Shown one piece after another: positions 7,676 through 18,476 of a stretch of DNA of 64,000 bases (position 1 is the stretch's first letter; each line of letters starts with the position of its first letter). Both the position numbers and the translations under genes were made by a program. The notes under the pieces are model-generated. The model made no database searches. It worked only from the letters and a program-made list of their open reading frames with translations, and was not told the origin of the DNA. The DNA comes from Trueperaceae bacterium (GTDB lineage: Bacteria; Deinococcota; Deinococci; Deinococcales; Trueperaceae), in the NCBI GenBank assembly GCA_965214405.1, contig OZ243956.1, positions 256,001 through 320,000 of the forward strand, written 5' to 3'.

Positions 7676-7702
7676 AAAACTCGAGCTTTGGGGGCTCGAG
7701 TT
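7676..7702 (-). terminator. Probable terminator after rplQ
   Basis: AACTCGAGCT/GGCTCGAGTT hairpin with short T-run. Confidence 0.5.
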
Positions 7703-7740
7703 CCTTTGTCTGGGTGTACTCAACTTGTTTAGCGCAAAAT

Positions 7741-8103
7741 TTAAGACTGGTAATCCACCAGCTCGATAAGCGCCTCTTGCGTGCCGTCGCCGCGGCGGGT
7801 GCCTAAGCGGTAGATGCGGGTGTAGCCGCCTTTGCGCTCAGCAAAGCGCGGGGCAATGTCGTCCATGAGCGAGCGCACGACGTCGAGGTCGTGAATGTCG
7901 CGCAGGACCAAGCGGCGCGCGTGCAAGTCGCCGCCGCGCGCGGTGGTGATGAGTTTTTCAACGAAGGGCTGGAGGTTCTTAGCCTTGACCAGCGTAGTCT
8001 TGATGCGACCGTGGCGCAGCAGCGCAGTGGCCTGGCTCCGCGCCAGCGCGATGCGGTGCGAAGAGTTGCGGTTGAGTTTGCGTCCGCTCGAGAGGTGTCT
8101 CAT
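7741..8103 (-). CDS. rplQ: 50S ribosomal protein L17
   Basis: [14 protein letters not shown]...GGYTRI. Confidence 0.98.
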   Translation of the reverse strand: MRHLSSGRKLNRNSSHRIALARSQATALLRHGRIKTTLVKAKNLQPFVEKLITTARGGDLHARRLVLRDIHDLDVVRSLMDDIAPRFAERKGGYTRIYRLGTRRGDGTQEALIELVDYQS

Positions 8104-8229
8104 GGGGCTCCTTTATAGGGGGTATCATCCCGTTTGCTAAAAACTCAGTTTAGATTTATGGCCTATTATTGAGGCTAGGAAGATGATATCCCCGTCCGGC
8201 CAATTTTGTACGAAGGCCGCTAAAATCCT

Positions 8230-9171
8230 CTAGTCTTTTAAGCTCAGGCCGCTCGCCTCGAGCCGCTCTTTGATCTCTTCAAGTGACTTGTCGCCGACGC
8301 CGCCCACTTTTTTGAGGTCGCGTTCGGAAAGCGCCAGGAGCGCGTTGACCGAGTCGATGCCTTCTTCTTGCAGGGAGTGAAGCACGCGGCTCGAGAGTTC
8401 CAACGAATCCAGGCTCATCTGCACGCCCTCCGCGCCGGTCGCCACGGGCTCGGGCTGCTGCACCGTGTTGGGCAGCGTGACGACGGGCGTCTCGACTTCG
8501 GACATCGTTTCGGTGCTAAAGACGATGAGCTGGCTCCGCATGATTTCGACCGCGTTTTCCAGTGCCTCGCGCGGACCCGTAGAGCCGTCCGTCCAGACGC
8601 GCAGGACGAGCCTATCCAAATCGGTTTTTTGACCCACGCGCGTGTCTTCGACGCGGTAGGCCACGCGGCGCACGGGGGTAAACACGGCGTCCACGGGGAT
8701 CGAGTTGATGCGGTCTTTTGTCGCGTGAACTTCTGCTGGCACGTAGCCGACGCCGGGCTCGACGCGCACCTCCATCACCAGCTTGCCGCCTTCGGCGAGC
8801 GTGGCGATGTGGAGTTCGGGGTTAACCACCTCGGCGTTGGCGGGCACTTCAAAACTACCCGCGGTCACCTCGCCCGCCTTTTCGGCGCGCAGCGTCAGGG
8901 TGACGGGCTCGCTGTCGTGAAGTTTGACGACCAACTCTTTGAGGTTGAGGATCATCTGCATGACGTCCTCTTTTACCCCGTCGATGGTCGAAAACTCGTG
9001 CAGCACGTCCTCGATATACACGCTCGTGACCGCGGTGCCGGTAATAGACGACAGCAGGATGCGGCGCAGCGGGTTGCCTAAGGTAACCCCGTAACCGCGC
9101 GGCAGCGGCTCGACGATGAATTCGCCGTACTTATCTGTGACGTTGGCTCTAAATTCGGGTACGATTTGCAC
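8230..9171 (-). CDS. rpoA: RNA polymerase alpha subunit
   Basis: EPLPRGYGVTLGNPLRRILLSS. Confidence 0.98.
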   Translation of the reverse strand: MQIVPEFRANVTDKYGEFIVEPLPRGYGVTLGNPLRRILLSSITGTAVTSVYIEDVLHEFSTIDGVKEDVMQMILNLKELVVKLHDSEPVTLTLRAEKAGEVTAGSFEVPANAEVVNPELHIATLAEGGKLVMEVRVEPGVGYVPAEVHATKDRINSIPVDAVFTPVRRVAYRVEDTRVGQKTDLDRLVLRVWTDGSTGPREALENAVEIMRSQLIVFSTETMSEVETPVVTLPNTVQQPEPVATGAEGVQMSLDSLELSSRVLHSLQEEGIDSVNALLALSERDLKKVGGVGDKSLEEIKERLEASGLSLKD

Positions 9172-9271
9172 CTTTTATCTCCTTACACTTCCTTCAAGAC
9201 AAGGTTAAAGAGAAGAGGTTAGAGGAAGTTTGGCCTTCCCTCGAACTCCTCTCTTTTCACTCGCTTCTTGC

Positions 9272-9901
9272 TTACCTCGAGTAATACTCGATAACTTGCA
9301 GTTCGTTAACGGGTACGACCAAGTCTTCTCGAGCGGGCGGGCGCAAAAAGCGGCCCTTGAGCGCTTCGGCGTCGAACTCGAGCCAAGGACCCAATTTGCG
9401 GCGGCGGGTCGCCTCGACGTTTTGGCGGATGAGGCCAAAGCTCCTGGCGCTCGGGTGAACCGCGACCTCGTCACCCGCGTTGACTTCGTAGCTCGGGATG
9501 TCCATGCGCCGACCGTTCACGCTGATGTGGCCCTGGTTAATAAACTGCCGCGCCTGCGCGCGCGACGACGCGAGGCCCAAGCGGTACACCACGCTGTCCA
9601 AACGGCTCTCCAGGAGCGCTAAAAACACGCCGCCGGTCGCCCCTTCTTGTTTAACCGCTTCATCAAAAAGATTGCGGAACTGCTTTTCGTTCATGCCGTA
9701 AAAGCGGCGGAGCTTTTGCTTTTCGCGCAGGCGCACCCCGTAGTCCGAGGGCTTGCGCGAGCGGCGCTGGCCGTGCTGGCCGGGCGGGTAGGGGCGCTTT
9801 TCGATGGCGCACTTCGCGCTGTAGCAACGGTCGCCCTTGAGGTAAAGCTTGGTGCCCTCGCGGCGACAGAGTTTGCAAACGGGTCCGGTATAACGTGCCA
9901 T
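9272..9901 (-). CDS. rpsD: 30S ribosomal protein S4 (Cys/Zn type)
   Basis: MARYTGPVCKLCRRE...LESRLD. Confidence 0.98.
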   Translation of the reverse strand: MARYTGPVCKLCRREGTKLYLKGDRCYSAKCAIEKRPYPPGQHGQRRSRKPSDYGVRLREKQKLRRFYGMNEKQFRNLFDEAVKQEGATGGVFLALLESRLDSVVYRLGLASSRAQARQFINQGHISVNGRRMDIPSYEVNAGDEVAVHPSARSFGLIRQNVEATRRRKLGPWLEFDAEALKGRFLRPPAREDLVVPVNELQVIEYYSR

Positions 9902-9909
9902 AAACTCCT

Positions 9910-10314
9910 CTAACTGTTTCTCTGGCGCTTGCGCAGGCGGCAGCCGTTGTGGGGCACGGGGGTATCGTCGATAATCGAGCGGACGTTGACGCCCGTCGAC
10001 TGGATCGAGCGGATCGCCTGCTCACGGCCCGAGCCCGTCCCGCGGATGACGATATCGACCTGAGAGAGGCCCATATTTTGCGCCTTGCGCGTCGCGTCGG
10101 CGGCGGCGAGCTGAGCGGCGTAGGGCGTGCCCTTTTTCGAGCCCTTGTAGCCGATGCTGCCCGAGCTCGACCAGGCGACGGTGTTCCCGGCCATGTCGGT
10201 AATGGTGATGATCGTGTTGTTGTAAGACGCGTGGATAAAGGCTCTGCCCTCGGCCAAGTTGCGCCTGACGCGTTTTCTGGTTCTGGTGGCTGTTTTACCC
10301 GCAGGTTTTGCCAT
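9910..10314 (-). CDS. rpsK: 30S ribosomal protein S11
   Basis: KKGTPYAAQ...TPVPHNGCR. Confidence 0.98.
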   Translation of the reverse strand: MAKPAGKTATRTRKRVRRNLAEGRAFIHASYNNTIITITDMAGNTVAWSSSGSIGYKGSKKGTPYAAQLAAADATRKAQNMGLSQVDIVIRGTGSGREQAIRSIQSTGVNVRSIIDDTPVPHNGCRLRKRQRNS

Positions 10315-10324
10315 GACTCAACTC

Positions 10325-10708
10325 CTACTTCTTGGCGGGGGCTTTTTTCTTGCCCGCGACCGTGCGACGTGGACCCTTACGGGTTCTGGCGTTGGTTTTG
10401 CTCGACTGACCGCGCACGGGCAGCCCGCGGCGGTGGCGCAAGCCCCGGTAGGAGCCGATGTCCATCAGGCGCTTGATGTTGAGCTGAATCTCGCGGCGCA
10501 AGTCGCCCTCAACCTTGAACTCGCGCTCGATAATCTCGCGGATTCTCAAAACTTCGTTTTCGGCCAAGTCCTTGACGCGCGTGTCCGGGTCGACTTCGGC
10601 TTTTGCCAAGACGTCTTGCGAACGGCTCAGGCCGACGCCGTAGATGTACGGGAGCGCGTGCTCGACGCGTTTTTCTCGAGGAAGGTCTACCCCTGCAATG
10701 CGCGCCAT
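10325..10708 (-). CDS. rpsM: 30S ribosomal protein S13
   Basis: MARIAGVD...GLPVRGQ. Confidence 0.98.
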   Translation of the reverse strand: MARIAGVDLPREKRVEHALPYIYGVGLSRSQDVLAKAEVDPDTRVKDLAENEVLRIREIIEREFKVEGDLRREIQLNIKRLMDIGSYRGLRHRRGLPVRGQSSKTNARTRKGPRRTVAGKKKAPAKK

Positions 10709-10865
10709 TCTACGCTCCTCTCCTGTTTAGAACCTGATTCATGATTGTCCCTTCGTTCTTTTGCTCTTGTTCATGCTTGCTAAATACGCCTGACACGGCC
10801 ATAAAATTACAAAGACAAGTCTGACGCCCGGTAAGTCCGAACGCCGCGAGCCCTGACTTTATCTT

Positions 10866-10982
10866 TTAACCCTGCCTCTGCTTATGTTTGGGGTTTACCG
10901 AGCAAATGACAAAAACCCTGCCGTGACGGCGGATGATCTTGCACTTGTCGCACATGGGTTTGACGGACGCACGTACTTTCAC
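10866..10982 (-). CDS. rpmJ: 50S ribosomal protein L36
   Basis: (GTG)[13 protein letters not shown]...HKQRQG. Confidence 0.97.
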   Translation of the reverse strand: MKVRASVKPMCDKCKIIRRHGRVFVICSVNPKHKQRQG

Positions 10983-11179
10983 GCTTTTCTCCCTTTCTCC
11001 TTTGTTCGTCGGCCCGCTCGAGCCTGCTGTTAAGGTCGCACTCTGACATTCAAACTTCTGTGAAGCCGGGTTTGGGTGAATATCCCAAGGTAACGTGTTG
11101 CGGCCCCACACCGCTCGTCTTCCAAATCCCCATTATAGGGCAAAAACTCATCATCTTGCCTCTGCGGCCTTACTTCGGA

Positions 11180-11455
11180 CTACTTTCTGTAAACAATACG
11201 ACCCTTTTCGGGGTCATACGTGCTGATTTCCAGAACAACCCGGTCGCCCGGTAGGATGCGGATATAGTGCCTTCGCATCTTGCCGCCGACGTGGGCCAAA
11301 ATTTCGGGACCCGCGTCTAGCTGCACCATGAAGGTGGTGTTGGGCCGGGCTTCCAGCACGACGCCTTCGGTGCGGATGGTGTCTTGGGTGGTCTCTTCCG
11401 GACGCTCGGCGGGCGTCCGGGGCGGACGTTTATTCTTTGATCCTCTACGCGCCAT
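11180..11455 (-). CDS. infA: Translation initiation factor IF-1
   Basis: [16 protein letters not shown]. Confidence 0.97.
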   Translation of the reverse strand: MARRGSKNKRPPRTPAERPEETTQDTIRTEGVVLEARPNTTFMVQLDAGPEILAHVGGKMRRHYIRILPGDRVVLEISTYDPEKGRIVYRK

Positions 11456-12281
11456 AAACTCCTTTCTCTGCCAAAACGCGCTGGGGAGGCTTGTCCCCGG
11501 CAGTTAATCCCGCTGAATCTCCCGCGGTGAGTACGCGCGGGCCGTCCTTGGTGATGGCGACGGTATGTTCGAAATGGGCGGCCAGACTCCCGTTGGCGGT
11601 CGGGGCCGTCCAGCCGTCGTCTAAAATAACGACCTTGGTGCGCTTTTCGGCCACCATCGGTTCGATGGCGAGCACCAGACCAGGGCGTAAAACGGGACCC
11701 TTACCGGCGCGACCGTAGTTGGGCACTTCGGGGGCCTCGTGGTAGTCGCGGCCGATGCCGTGCCCGACGAACTCCCTGATGATCCAAAAGCCCGCGCCTT
11801 CGACGACGCTTTGGATAGCCGCCGAAACGTCGCCCAAACGGTTGCCCGCCCTGGCGGCGTCGATACCCGCCGCCAGCGCCTCTTCTGTAACGGCCAAGAG
11901 TTTTTGCGCGGCGGCGGAAATTGCGCCGACAGCGTACGTGCGGGCCATGTCCGCCACGTACCCCTTATAGGTGGTGCCGACGTCAATCGTGACGATATCA
12001 CCCGAGCGCAGCGGGCGCGCATTGGGGATGCCGTGGACGACGACTTCATTGACCGAGGTGCAGAGGGCGGCGGGAAAATCGCTATAACCTTTTTTAGAGT
12101 TGGGATAACCCTTGTTAACGGGCCTTCCGCCCCTGGATAGGATAACATCTTCGGCAATCCTGTTCAACTCGGTGGTGCTGACGCCCGGGGCCACGGCTCG
12201 AGCCGCCGCCCCCAAGGCCTCACGGTTGATGGCCGCCGCCTCGGCCATGACGTCGAGTTCCGCGGCGCGCTTGAGGATCAT
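11445..12281 (-). CDS. map: Methionine aminopeptidase type I
   Basis: [25 protein letters not shown]. Confidence 0.96.
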   Translation of the reverse strand: MILKRAAELDVMAEAAAINREALGAAARAVAPGVSTTELNRIAEDVILSRGGRPVNKGYPNSKKGYSDFPAALCTSVNEVVVHGIPNARPLRSGDIVTIDVGTTYKGYVADMARTYAVGAISAAAQKLLAVTEEALAAGIDAARAGNRLGDVSAAIQSVVEGAGFWIIREFVGHGIGRDYHEAPEVPNYGRAGKGPVLRPGLVLAIEPMVAEKRTKVVILDDGWTAPTANGSLAAHFEHTVAITKDGPRVLTAGDSAGLTAGDKPPQRVLAEKGVYGA

Positions 12282-12288
12282 GAAAGAG

Positions 12289-12855
12289 TCACGGCAAGAC
12301 CTCGGAGATGCGCGCGAACACCTCTTCGACGCTGCCCTCGCCGTCCACGCGGCGCAGCTTGCCGCGCGCCTCGTAATAGTCCACCAGGGGCTGAGTTTGT
12401 TCCCCGTAAAGCGCCATGCGCCTGCGAATCGTTGTGTCGTTATCGTCTACGCGTCCTTCTTCCCGCGCGCGCTTGAGGAGGCGCCCTGCAAGTTCGTTGG
12501 CGTCAACCTCGAGCAGCACCGCCGCGGTCATGGCGGCGTCAAGCTCGGCCAAAAGCGCGTCTAGCGCCCCCGCCTGCACGTTGGTGCGAGGAAACCCGTC
12601 GAACAGCACGCGCACCTCCTCGCCGTTTAGCGCGTCACGCACCATCGACACGATGAGCTCGTCCGGAACGTACTCGCCCGCTTCCATGATGCTGCGGGCG
12701 CGCTCGCCCAAAGGCGTGTTGCGCTTCACGTGGTCGCGCAGCATATCGCCGGTCGAGAGCTTGGTTAGGGAACGCGCGCGCGCCAATTTTTCGGACTGCG
12801 TTCCCTTGCCCGCCCCCGGCGGACCCATGAGTAGCAGCACTTCCTGATGATGCAC
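12289..12855 (-). CDS. adk: Adenylate kinase
   Basis: GPPGAGKGTQ, STGDMLR, DGFPRT; GTG start overlapping the secY stop. Confidence 0.95.
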   Translation of the reverse strand: MHHQEVLLLMGPPGAGKGTQSEKLARARSLTKLSTGDMLRDHVKRNTPLGERARSIMEAGEYVPDELIVSMVRDALNGEEVRVLFDGFPRTNVQAGALDALLAELDAAMTAAVLLEVDANELAGRLLKRAREEGRVDDNDTTIRRRMALYGEQTQPLVDYYEARGKLRRVDGEGSVEEVFARISEVLP

Positions 12856-14174
12856 TAAAAGCGCCTTCCGCGACCCCGAATGCGCCCTTTGGTCACAAAA
12901 CCGTCGTAGTGACGCATGACGAGTTGCGATTCCATCTGCCGCAGCGTGTCGAGCGACACCCCCACGACGATGAGCAAGCCGATACCCGAGAACGCCAGCG
13001 CCAACGTGCCCACCCCGGTCATCCAGGCCAGAACCTGCGGCAGCGCGTTGACGACCCCCAGAAAGAGCGCACCCCACAGCGTGATGCGGTTGGTGATGCG
13101 GGTTAAGTGGTCGGTGGTCGGTTGCCCGGGGCGCACGCCCGGCACAAAGCCGCCGTACTCGCGCAAGTTTTCGGAAATGCGGCGCGGGTCGAACGAGATT
13201 TGGGTGTAGAAGTAGGTAAAAAGCACGATCAAAACCGTGCTGGTGATCAGCCCCTGCCACCGGCTAGGCGTAAACCAGTAGCCGACGGATTGCACCCACG
13301 CCACCTCGGGAAAGCCCGCGATGATGGTACTCGGCAGGATAATAATCGAGACCGCGAAGATGACGGGGATCACGCCCGCCGCGTTTAAGCGTAGCGGGAT
13401 GTAGGTGCTTTGGCCGCCCATGACCCTGCGCCCCACGACCTTTCGCGCGTACTGGACCGGGATGCGGCGCTCAGCCTGCTGCACCAACACCATCCCTGCG
13501 ATAGCGAAAATGAGCAGCGCAAAGAAGATGATGAGGCCGAAGATGTTGGACTCGCCCGTGCCGACGAGCGCGAGGCTTCCACCGATGGCGGTCGGGAAGG
13601 CGGCCACAATCCCGGCGTAGATAATAAGCGAGATGCCGTTGCCGATGCCGTACTCGGAAATCTTCTCGCCGAGCCACATGACCAACGTAACCCCGGCAAT
13701 CTGTGTGACCATCACGGTAAACCAGAAGAAGGGTCCGTTGCTCCAGCCAATCTTGAGCGCGCCGGAGGGACCCAGCAACGCAACGGCCAAAAAGAGACCC
13801 TGAATAGCGCCCAGGGCCGTCGCCGCCCAACGCGTGTACTGGGTGATCTTGCGCCGCCCCTCCTCGCCCTCTTTTTGCAGCTTTTCTAGGGGCGGATAAA
13901 CGGACGTCAGGAGCTGAAAAATGATGCTCGCGGTGATGTATGGAATCACGCCCAGCGCAAACACCGAGAACTGCTCGAAGTTGCCGCCCGTGATAAAGCC
14001 CAGGAGCTGAAACACGCCGCCCTGACCCGTAAGCTGCGCGCGCAGAGCGTCAATGTCGAGACCCGGCGTGGGGATAAAAACGCCCAGCCGGTAGACCGCC
14101 AGGAGCCCCACCGTGATGAGCAGCTTGTTACGCAGGTCGGGGATGACGAGCGCGTTGCGAAACGCGGCTAACAT
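12855..14174 (-). CDS. secY: Preprotein translocase SecY
   Basis: LGVIPYITASII, GIGNGISL, PGVRPG. Confidence 0.98.
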   Translation of the reverse strand: MLAAFRNALVIPDLRNKLLITVGLLAVYRLGVFIPTPGLDIDALRAQLTGQGGVFQLLGFITGGNFEQFSVFALGVIPYITASIIFQLLTSVYPPLEKLQKEGEEGRRKITQYTRWAATALGAIQGLFLAVALLGPSGALKIGWSNGPFFWFTVMVTQIAGVTLVMWLGEKISEYGIGNGISLIIYAGIVAAFPTAIGGSLALVGTGESNIFGLIIFFALLIFAIAGMVLVQQAERRIPVQYARKVVGRRVMGGQSTYIPLRLNAAGVIPVIFAVSIIILPSTIIAGFPEVAWVQSVGYWFTPSRWQGLITSTVLIVLFTYFYTQISFDPRRISENLREYGGFVPGVRPGQPTTDHLTRITNRITLWGALFLGVVNALPQVLAWMTGVGTLALAFSGIGLLIVVGVSLDTLRQMESQLVMRHYDGFVTKGRIRGRGRRF

Positions 14175-15022
14175 CAGCCGCGCTCCTCGTCCTGCTGGGC
14201 GTCTTGAAGCGCGTTGCGGGGGGTGTCGTCTTGTGAATCCCGAGCCGTGTCCGCCACCGCGTCTTGTAATGCGTCTTGCGAGATGTCTTGTGAGGTGTCT
14301 TGTGACGTGCCGGGTACGGTTTCTTGGATGGTGCTAATCGGCGGCGTTTCCTCGCCAGTCTCAGTTTCTATGGTGCCCTGTGGGGTGACTCGAGCCGTAC
14401 TCTGCGACTCGCTCTGGTCCACCTCCGGCGCGGCGTCCGGCGTCATAGTCTGCTCAGAGGTTCCAACCGGCTGGACAACATTTTGGGTGTTGAAGTCTTG
14501 GGTGTTGAAGTCTTGGGTGCCGGTCTCCTGATTACCGATATTTTGCGTACCAGCATCCTGGCTGCCCGCTTCCCCTTCAGCCTCCGCGCCCTCGACGCTG
14601 CCGCCCGCCGCTCTCACGGCTTTTGCGGCGCTGCGGCTGTAGGCGTCTAAGATGACGACTAAGTTGCGGACCTCGAGCGCCCCGTCACCCAAAAGCTTGA
14701 CGGGCCTGTCAACGTGGCGCACCAGGCCCACAGCGTTAAGCGTCTCCGCGTTGACGGTGTCCCCTTCGCCGAAAGAGTTGAGGTCGCGCAGGTTGACGAG
14801 TTGGTAGCCTTCAGAAGCGTGGTTAAAGCCGCGCTTGGGCAGGCGGGCAACGAGCTTCGAGCGTCCTCCCTCCCAGCCCGAGCCTTGCGAAAAGCCGCTC
14901 CGGCTTTTCTGGCCCTTTTGACCCCGACCGGCGGTCTTGCCGCGACCGCTGCCGAGACCGCGCCCGACCCGGCGGCGGTTCTTTTTGGCCCCCTCGGCGG
15001 GTTTCAAGTCATTGAGTTTCAT
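14174..15022 (-). CDS. rplO: 50S ribosomal protein L15 with long acidic C-terminal extension
   Basis: [24 protein letters not shown]. Confidence 0.95.
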   Translation of the reverse strand: MKLNDLKPAEGAKKNRRRVGRGLGSGRGKTAGRGQKGQKSRSGFSQGSGWEGGRSKLVARLPKRGFNHASEGYQLVNLRDLNSFGEGDTVNAETLNAVGLVRHVDRPVKLLGDGALEVRNLVVILDAYSRSAAKAVRAAGGSVEGAEAEGEAGSQDAGTQNIGNQETGTQDFNTQDFNTQNVVQPVGTSEQTMTPDAAPEVDQSESQSTARVTPQGTIETETGEETPPISTIQETVPGTSQDTSQDISQDALQDAVADTARDSQDDTPRNALQDAQQDEERG

Positions 15023-15192
15023 CTTTCCCCTTCAATCTCTAACAAGTAGGCGACTTTGTCCACCATGCCGCGCACGTCGGGCGTGGTTTTGAGCTCGCGG
15101 GTCTGACCGCGCTTCGTAAAACCCAGGGCGTGCAAGGTCGCGCGCTGCTCTTTTTTAACGCCGATGAAGCTACGAACGAGTGTGGCCCTCAT
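15019..15192 (-). CDS. rpmD: 50S ribosomal protein L30
   Basis: [11 protein letters not shown]...RGMVDKV. Confidence 0.95.
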   Translation of the reverse strand: MRATLVRSFIGVKKEQRATLHALGFTKRGQTRELKTTPDVRGMVDKVAYLLEIEGER

Positions 15193-15220
15193 GAGGCCAC
15201 CCCCTTCAATATAGTGGCTT

Positions 15221-15694
15221 TCATTTGGCCACCTCCCGCTCGCGCTGCGCCTCCTCAAAGGTCTTGAGTTGCTTGAGGCCATCAATCACCGCGTAGGCGA
15301 CGTTGGTCTGGTTACGAGAGCCCAACTCTTTGGTGAGCAGGTTACGCAGGCCCGCCAACTCGGCGATCGCCCTGGGCACGCTGCCCGCGATAACGCCCGT
15401 GCCCGCGCCCGCGGGTTTGAGCATCACTCTTGACGTCCCGTGTTCACCCAACACTTCGTGAGGAATGGTGCCGGGTTCTTCGATAGGCACTTCGACCAAG
15501 TTACGCCGCGCGACGTACTGGCCTTTTTGCACCGCCATCGGCACTTCCTTGGCTTTACCTAGTCCCACACCGACGCGACCGTTGCGGTCGCCCACGACGA
15601 CCATCGCGCCGAAGCGGAAGCGGCGACCGCCCTGGTACGTCTTGGCGGTGCGGCGAATGAAAATTACTTTGTCTTCAAAATCGGTATCTGCCAT
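15221..15694 (-). CDS. rpsE: 30S ribosomal protein S5
   Basis: GGRRFRF...GKAKEVP. Confidence 0.98.
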   Translation of the reverse strand: MADTDFEDKVIFIRRTAKTYQGGRRFRFGAMVVVGDRNGRVGVGLGKAKEVPMAVQKGQYVARRNLVEVPIEEPGTIPHEVLGEHGTSRVMLKPAGAGTGVIAGSVPRAIAELAGLRNLLTKELGSRNQTNVAYAVIDGLKQLKTFEEAQREREVAK

Positions 15695-16041
15695 TAGAAG
15701 TCCAGGCCTCCCTCGCGCGCGCCCTCGGCGAGCGCCGCGACCCGACCGTGGTAGCGGTAGGCGCCCCGGTCGAAAACCACGCGTTTGACGCCCCTTTGGA
15801 GCGCTCTTTCGGCCACCGCCTTACCCACGGCTTTGGCCTGCTCTTTTTTATCGCCCGAAGCGCCCAGCGTCTTGCTGTTGGCCTCGGCCACGGTGCGACC
15901 CTCGTTGGGGTCGATGACTTGCACGTAGATGTGCTTGGCACTCCGGAACACGCTTAAACGCATCCTGCCGTTGTCGACGTTTGTACGGATGCGGCGTCTC
16001 GTGCGAAGCTGACGCCGCCTTTTTGTCGTCTGTACGTTCAT
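15694..16041 (-). CDS. rplR: 50S ribosomal protein L18
   Basis: RLSVFRS...[12 protein letters not shown]. Confidence 0.98.
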   Translation of the reverse strand: MNVQTTKRRRQLRTRRRIRTNVDNGRMRLSVFRSAKHIYVQVIDPNEGRTVAEANSKTLGASGDKKEQAKAVGKAVAERALQRGVKRVVFDRGAYRYHGRVAALAEGAREGGLDF

Positions 16042-16099
16042 CCTATCCCTCTATCTCAGTAGGTGAAAAATTAGGTGAAATGGCTGCTTGTCTAGCTGT

Positions 16100-16639
16100 T
16101 TATCTGGCAGCAGCTTTACCGGGCTTGAGGCGGACCTGTTCGCCCGCGTAGCGGACGCCCTTGCCGTGGTACGAGTCGGGCGGACGGATGGCGCGGATGT
16201 TGGCCGCAACCTGGCCGACGAGCTGTTTGTCGATACCCGAAACGTTGATGTGCGTCGCGTCGGGCGCGTTTAGGGTGATACCCTCGGGCGGCTCGATGAC
16301 GACGGGGTGTGAGAAGCCGAGGGAGAGCTCGAGCTGCTTGCCCCGCATCGCGCAGCGGTAACCGACGCCCTGAATCTCCAAGTTACGGGTAAAGCCTTCC
16401 GTCACCCCGACGACCGCGTTTTGGATAAGGCTACGCGCGAGGCCGTGCTGCGCGCGGTCCAGACGGTTGTCCGTGGGACGCTCGACCAAGACTTCACCGT
16501 CTTCTTGCTTGACGGTCAAACGCGGATTGACGGGCACGGTTAGGGTGCCCTTGGGTCCCTTGACCGTGACTTCGGTTTTTTTCATGTTGAACTCGACGCC
16601 CTTGGGCACCGTGACGGGGGCTCTACCGACGCGCGACAT
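16100..16639 (-). CDS. rplF: 50S ribosomal protein L6
   Basis: MSRVG...RPPDSYHGKG. Confidence 0.98.
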   Translation of the reverse strand: MSRVGRAPVTVPKGVEFNMKKTEVTVKGPKGTLTVPVNPRLTVKQEDGEVLVERPTDNRLDRAQHGLARSLIQNAVVGVTEGFTRNLEIQGVGYRCAMRGKQLELSLGFSHPVVIEPPEGITLNAPDATHINVSGIDKQLVGQVAANIRAIRPPDSYHGKGVRYAGEQVRLKPGKAAAR

Positions 16640-17034
16640 TACCACACCTCGCAGAGAACTTCGCCGCCGACGTTCTGGCGGCGCGCGTCGCGGTCAACCA
16701 TCAGCCCTTGCGAGGTCGACACGACGGAAATGCCAAGGCCGCCCCGCACCACCGGCACCGCCTTACCCTTGCTGTAGGCGCGGCGACCGGGTTTGGATAT
16801 GCGGGTGATTTCGTTAATAATCGAGGTCCGGCGCGGGCCGTACTTGAGGCCGATACGCAAAACCTTGTGACCGCCCACTTCGGCCTCAGCGACCGACTTG
16901 AGGTAGCCTTCGCGTACCAAAAGTTCCGCGAGCGACTTCTTAAACTTGCTGGCTGGCACGTCCACCGTCGCGTTGGCAATCGCCGCGGCGTTGCGGATGC
17001 GCGTCAGCATGTCAGCAATCGGGTCTGTCTGCAT
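16639..17034 (-). CDS. rpsH: 30S ribosomal protein S8
   Basis: DPIADMLTRIRNA. Confidence 0.98.
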   Translation of the reverse strand: MQTDPIADMLTRIRNAAAIANATVDVPASKFKKSLAELLVREGYLKSVAEAEVGGHKVLRIGLKYGPRRTSIINEITRISKPGRRAYSKGKAVPVVRGGLGISVVSTSQGLMVDRDARRQNVGGEVLCEVW

Positions 17035-17047
17035 GGTTTGCTCCTTG

Positions 17048-17085
17048 GAGGGCGGTATCAGCGCACGCGCGCTGACCGTACCCTC
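17048..17085 (-). promoter_or_regulatory. Candidate S8-binding mRNA leader hairpin
   Basis: GAGGGUACGGUCAGCGC-GCGU-GCGCUGAUACCGCCCUC next to the rpsH SD; GUCAG/CUGAUAC core as in 16S helix 21. Confidence 0.6.
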
Positions 17086-17229
17086 AAAAATATGGTTTCT
17101 TTGTTATGACGAGAGGTTGGGGTTGCAAAGCGGATTACAGGTCATGTTGGGCAGGGGCTGGCTCGAAAAGTGGTGAGTAGAGTAAAACCTTTGCACCCTA
17201 CTTCCCTACTCCCCATCTCCCCTACGCTC

Positions 17230-17415
17230 TTACCAGCTCGACTTGGTCACGCCGGGCAAGTAGCCTTTGTGCGCCATTTCCCTCATGCAGATGCGGCAGA
17301 GGTCGAACATACGCAAGTAGCCGCGCGTGCGTCCGCAGCGGTGGCAGCGGTTTACGCCGCGGGTTGAAAACTTGGGCGTTCTCTTGGCTTTGGCAATATG
17401 TGCTTTGGTAGCCAT
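17230..17415 (-). CDS. rpsN: 30S ribosomal protein S14 (Zn-binding type Z)
   Basis: 61 aa, CHRC...CRIC. Confidence 0.97.
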   Translation of the reverse strand: MATKAHIAKAKRTPKFSTRGVNRCHRCGRTRGYLRMFDLCRICMREMAHKGYLPGVTKSSW

Positions 17416-17450
17416 GTGGCTCCTTTCTTAAAGTTTGTGTTCAAAGCTTT

Positions 17451-17561
17451 TATAGCTTACATAGGTACAGAAGTCGGTTTAGCGCAGAAAGCATCTTGTA
17501 ATCTACGTCCCGGACGTTGACCCCTAGCCAGAGTCTCTCAAACCAGATGCTACCTGCAACA
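17451..17561 (+). mobile_element. ~110-bp MITE-like element, copy 2 (rplE-rpsN spacer)
   Basis: TATAGC...AGCGCAG...CTCAAACCAGATGCTACCTGCAACA. Confidence 0.65.
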
Positions 17562-17563
17562 GT

Positions 17564-18115
17564 TTACTTCCTAAACGGCATCCCCAGAAACTCCAAAAGA
17601 CTTCTTGCCTCTTCGTCCGTTTCAGCGGTGGTGACGATCGAAATGTCCATCCCGCGAACCGCGTCGATCTGGTCGTACGAGAGTTCGGGAAAGACGAGCT
17701 GTTCGCGTAAACCTAAGCTGTAGTTGCCGCGACCGTCGAACGCGCTCGAGGATACCCCCCGAAAGTCGCGCACGCGGGGCAGCGCCACGCCAATGAGCTT
17801 GTCCAGAAAGGCCCACATCCGCTCGCCGCGCAACGTGACTTTAAGACCGATGGGCATTCCCGCACGTACCTTGAAGTTCGACACCGACTTTTTGGCGCGC
17901 GTGACCACGGGGCGTTGCAGCGCGAGTTGGCTGAGGTCCCTCGAGGCCTTCTCCAAAACTTTGGAGTCTTCCCGAGCCTCACCGACGCCCATGTTGATGA
18001 CCACTTTTTCGATGCGCGGCACCGCCATGATGTTGTCATAGCCGTGGCGCTCTTGGAGCGCAGGGCGCGCTTCGTCCTGATACTTTTGTTTGAGACCTAT
18101 GCTGACGCCTTCCAT
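17564..18115 (-). CDS. rplE: 50S ribosomal protein L5
   Basis: [10 protein letters not shown]...FDGRGNY. Confidence 0.98.
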   Translation of the reverse strand: MEGVSIGLKQKYQDEARPALQERHGYDNIMAVPRIEKVVINMGVGEAREDSKVLEKASRDLSQLALQRPVVTRAKKSVSNFKVRAGMPIGLKVTLRGERMWAFLDKLIGVALPRVRDFRGVSSSAFDGRGNYSLGLREQLVFPELSYDQIDAVRGMDISIVTTAETDEEARSLLEFLGMPFRK

Positions 18116-18137
18116 CTCTCTCCTTACTTTCTAATGG

Positions 18138-18476
18138 TTACCGGTCTAAGCGCGCGCCGCTTTTGACGCTCACGCGCACCCGCTCGCCGTCCACCACCCG
18201 GGTGCCGACGCGCGACGGTTCGCCCGTCTTGGGGTCTAAAATGCGCACGTTGCTCACGTGGATGGGCGCTTCGCGCTCGCTAAAGCCGCCGCGCGGGTTG
18301 TCTTGGGTGGGGCGCTGCGCTTTTCTGATGACGTTGACGTTTTCGATGACCACGCGGTTTTTTACGGGCATGACCTCGAGGATGCGGCCCTCGAGCCCCT
18401 TGTGCTTGCCCGAGGTCACGCGCACGCGGTCGCCGCGCTTGAGTTTGCTTTTTGTCCTAGCAGGTTTGGTCGCCAT
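18138..18476 (-). CDS. rplX: 50S ribosomal protein L24
   Basis: GDRVRVTSGKHKG...EAPIHVSNV. Confidence 0.98.
   Translation of the reverse strand: MATKPARTKSKLKRGDRVRVTSGKHKGLEGRILEVMPVKNRVVIENVNVIRKAQRPTQDNPRGGFSEREAPIHVSNVRILDPKTGEPSRVGTRVVDGERVRVSVKSGARLDR

Noticed and set aside
12856..13260. 323-aa Adk with long N-terminal extension
   Set aside because: The extension overlaps secY out of frame; the GTG at 12855 gives a normal-length Adk.
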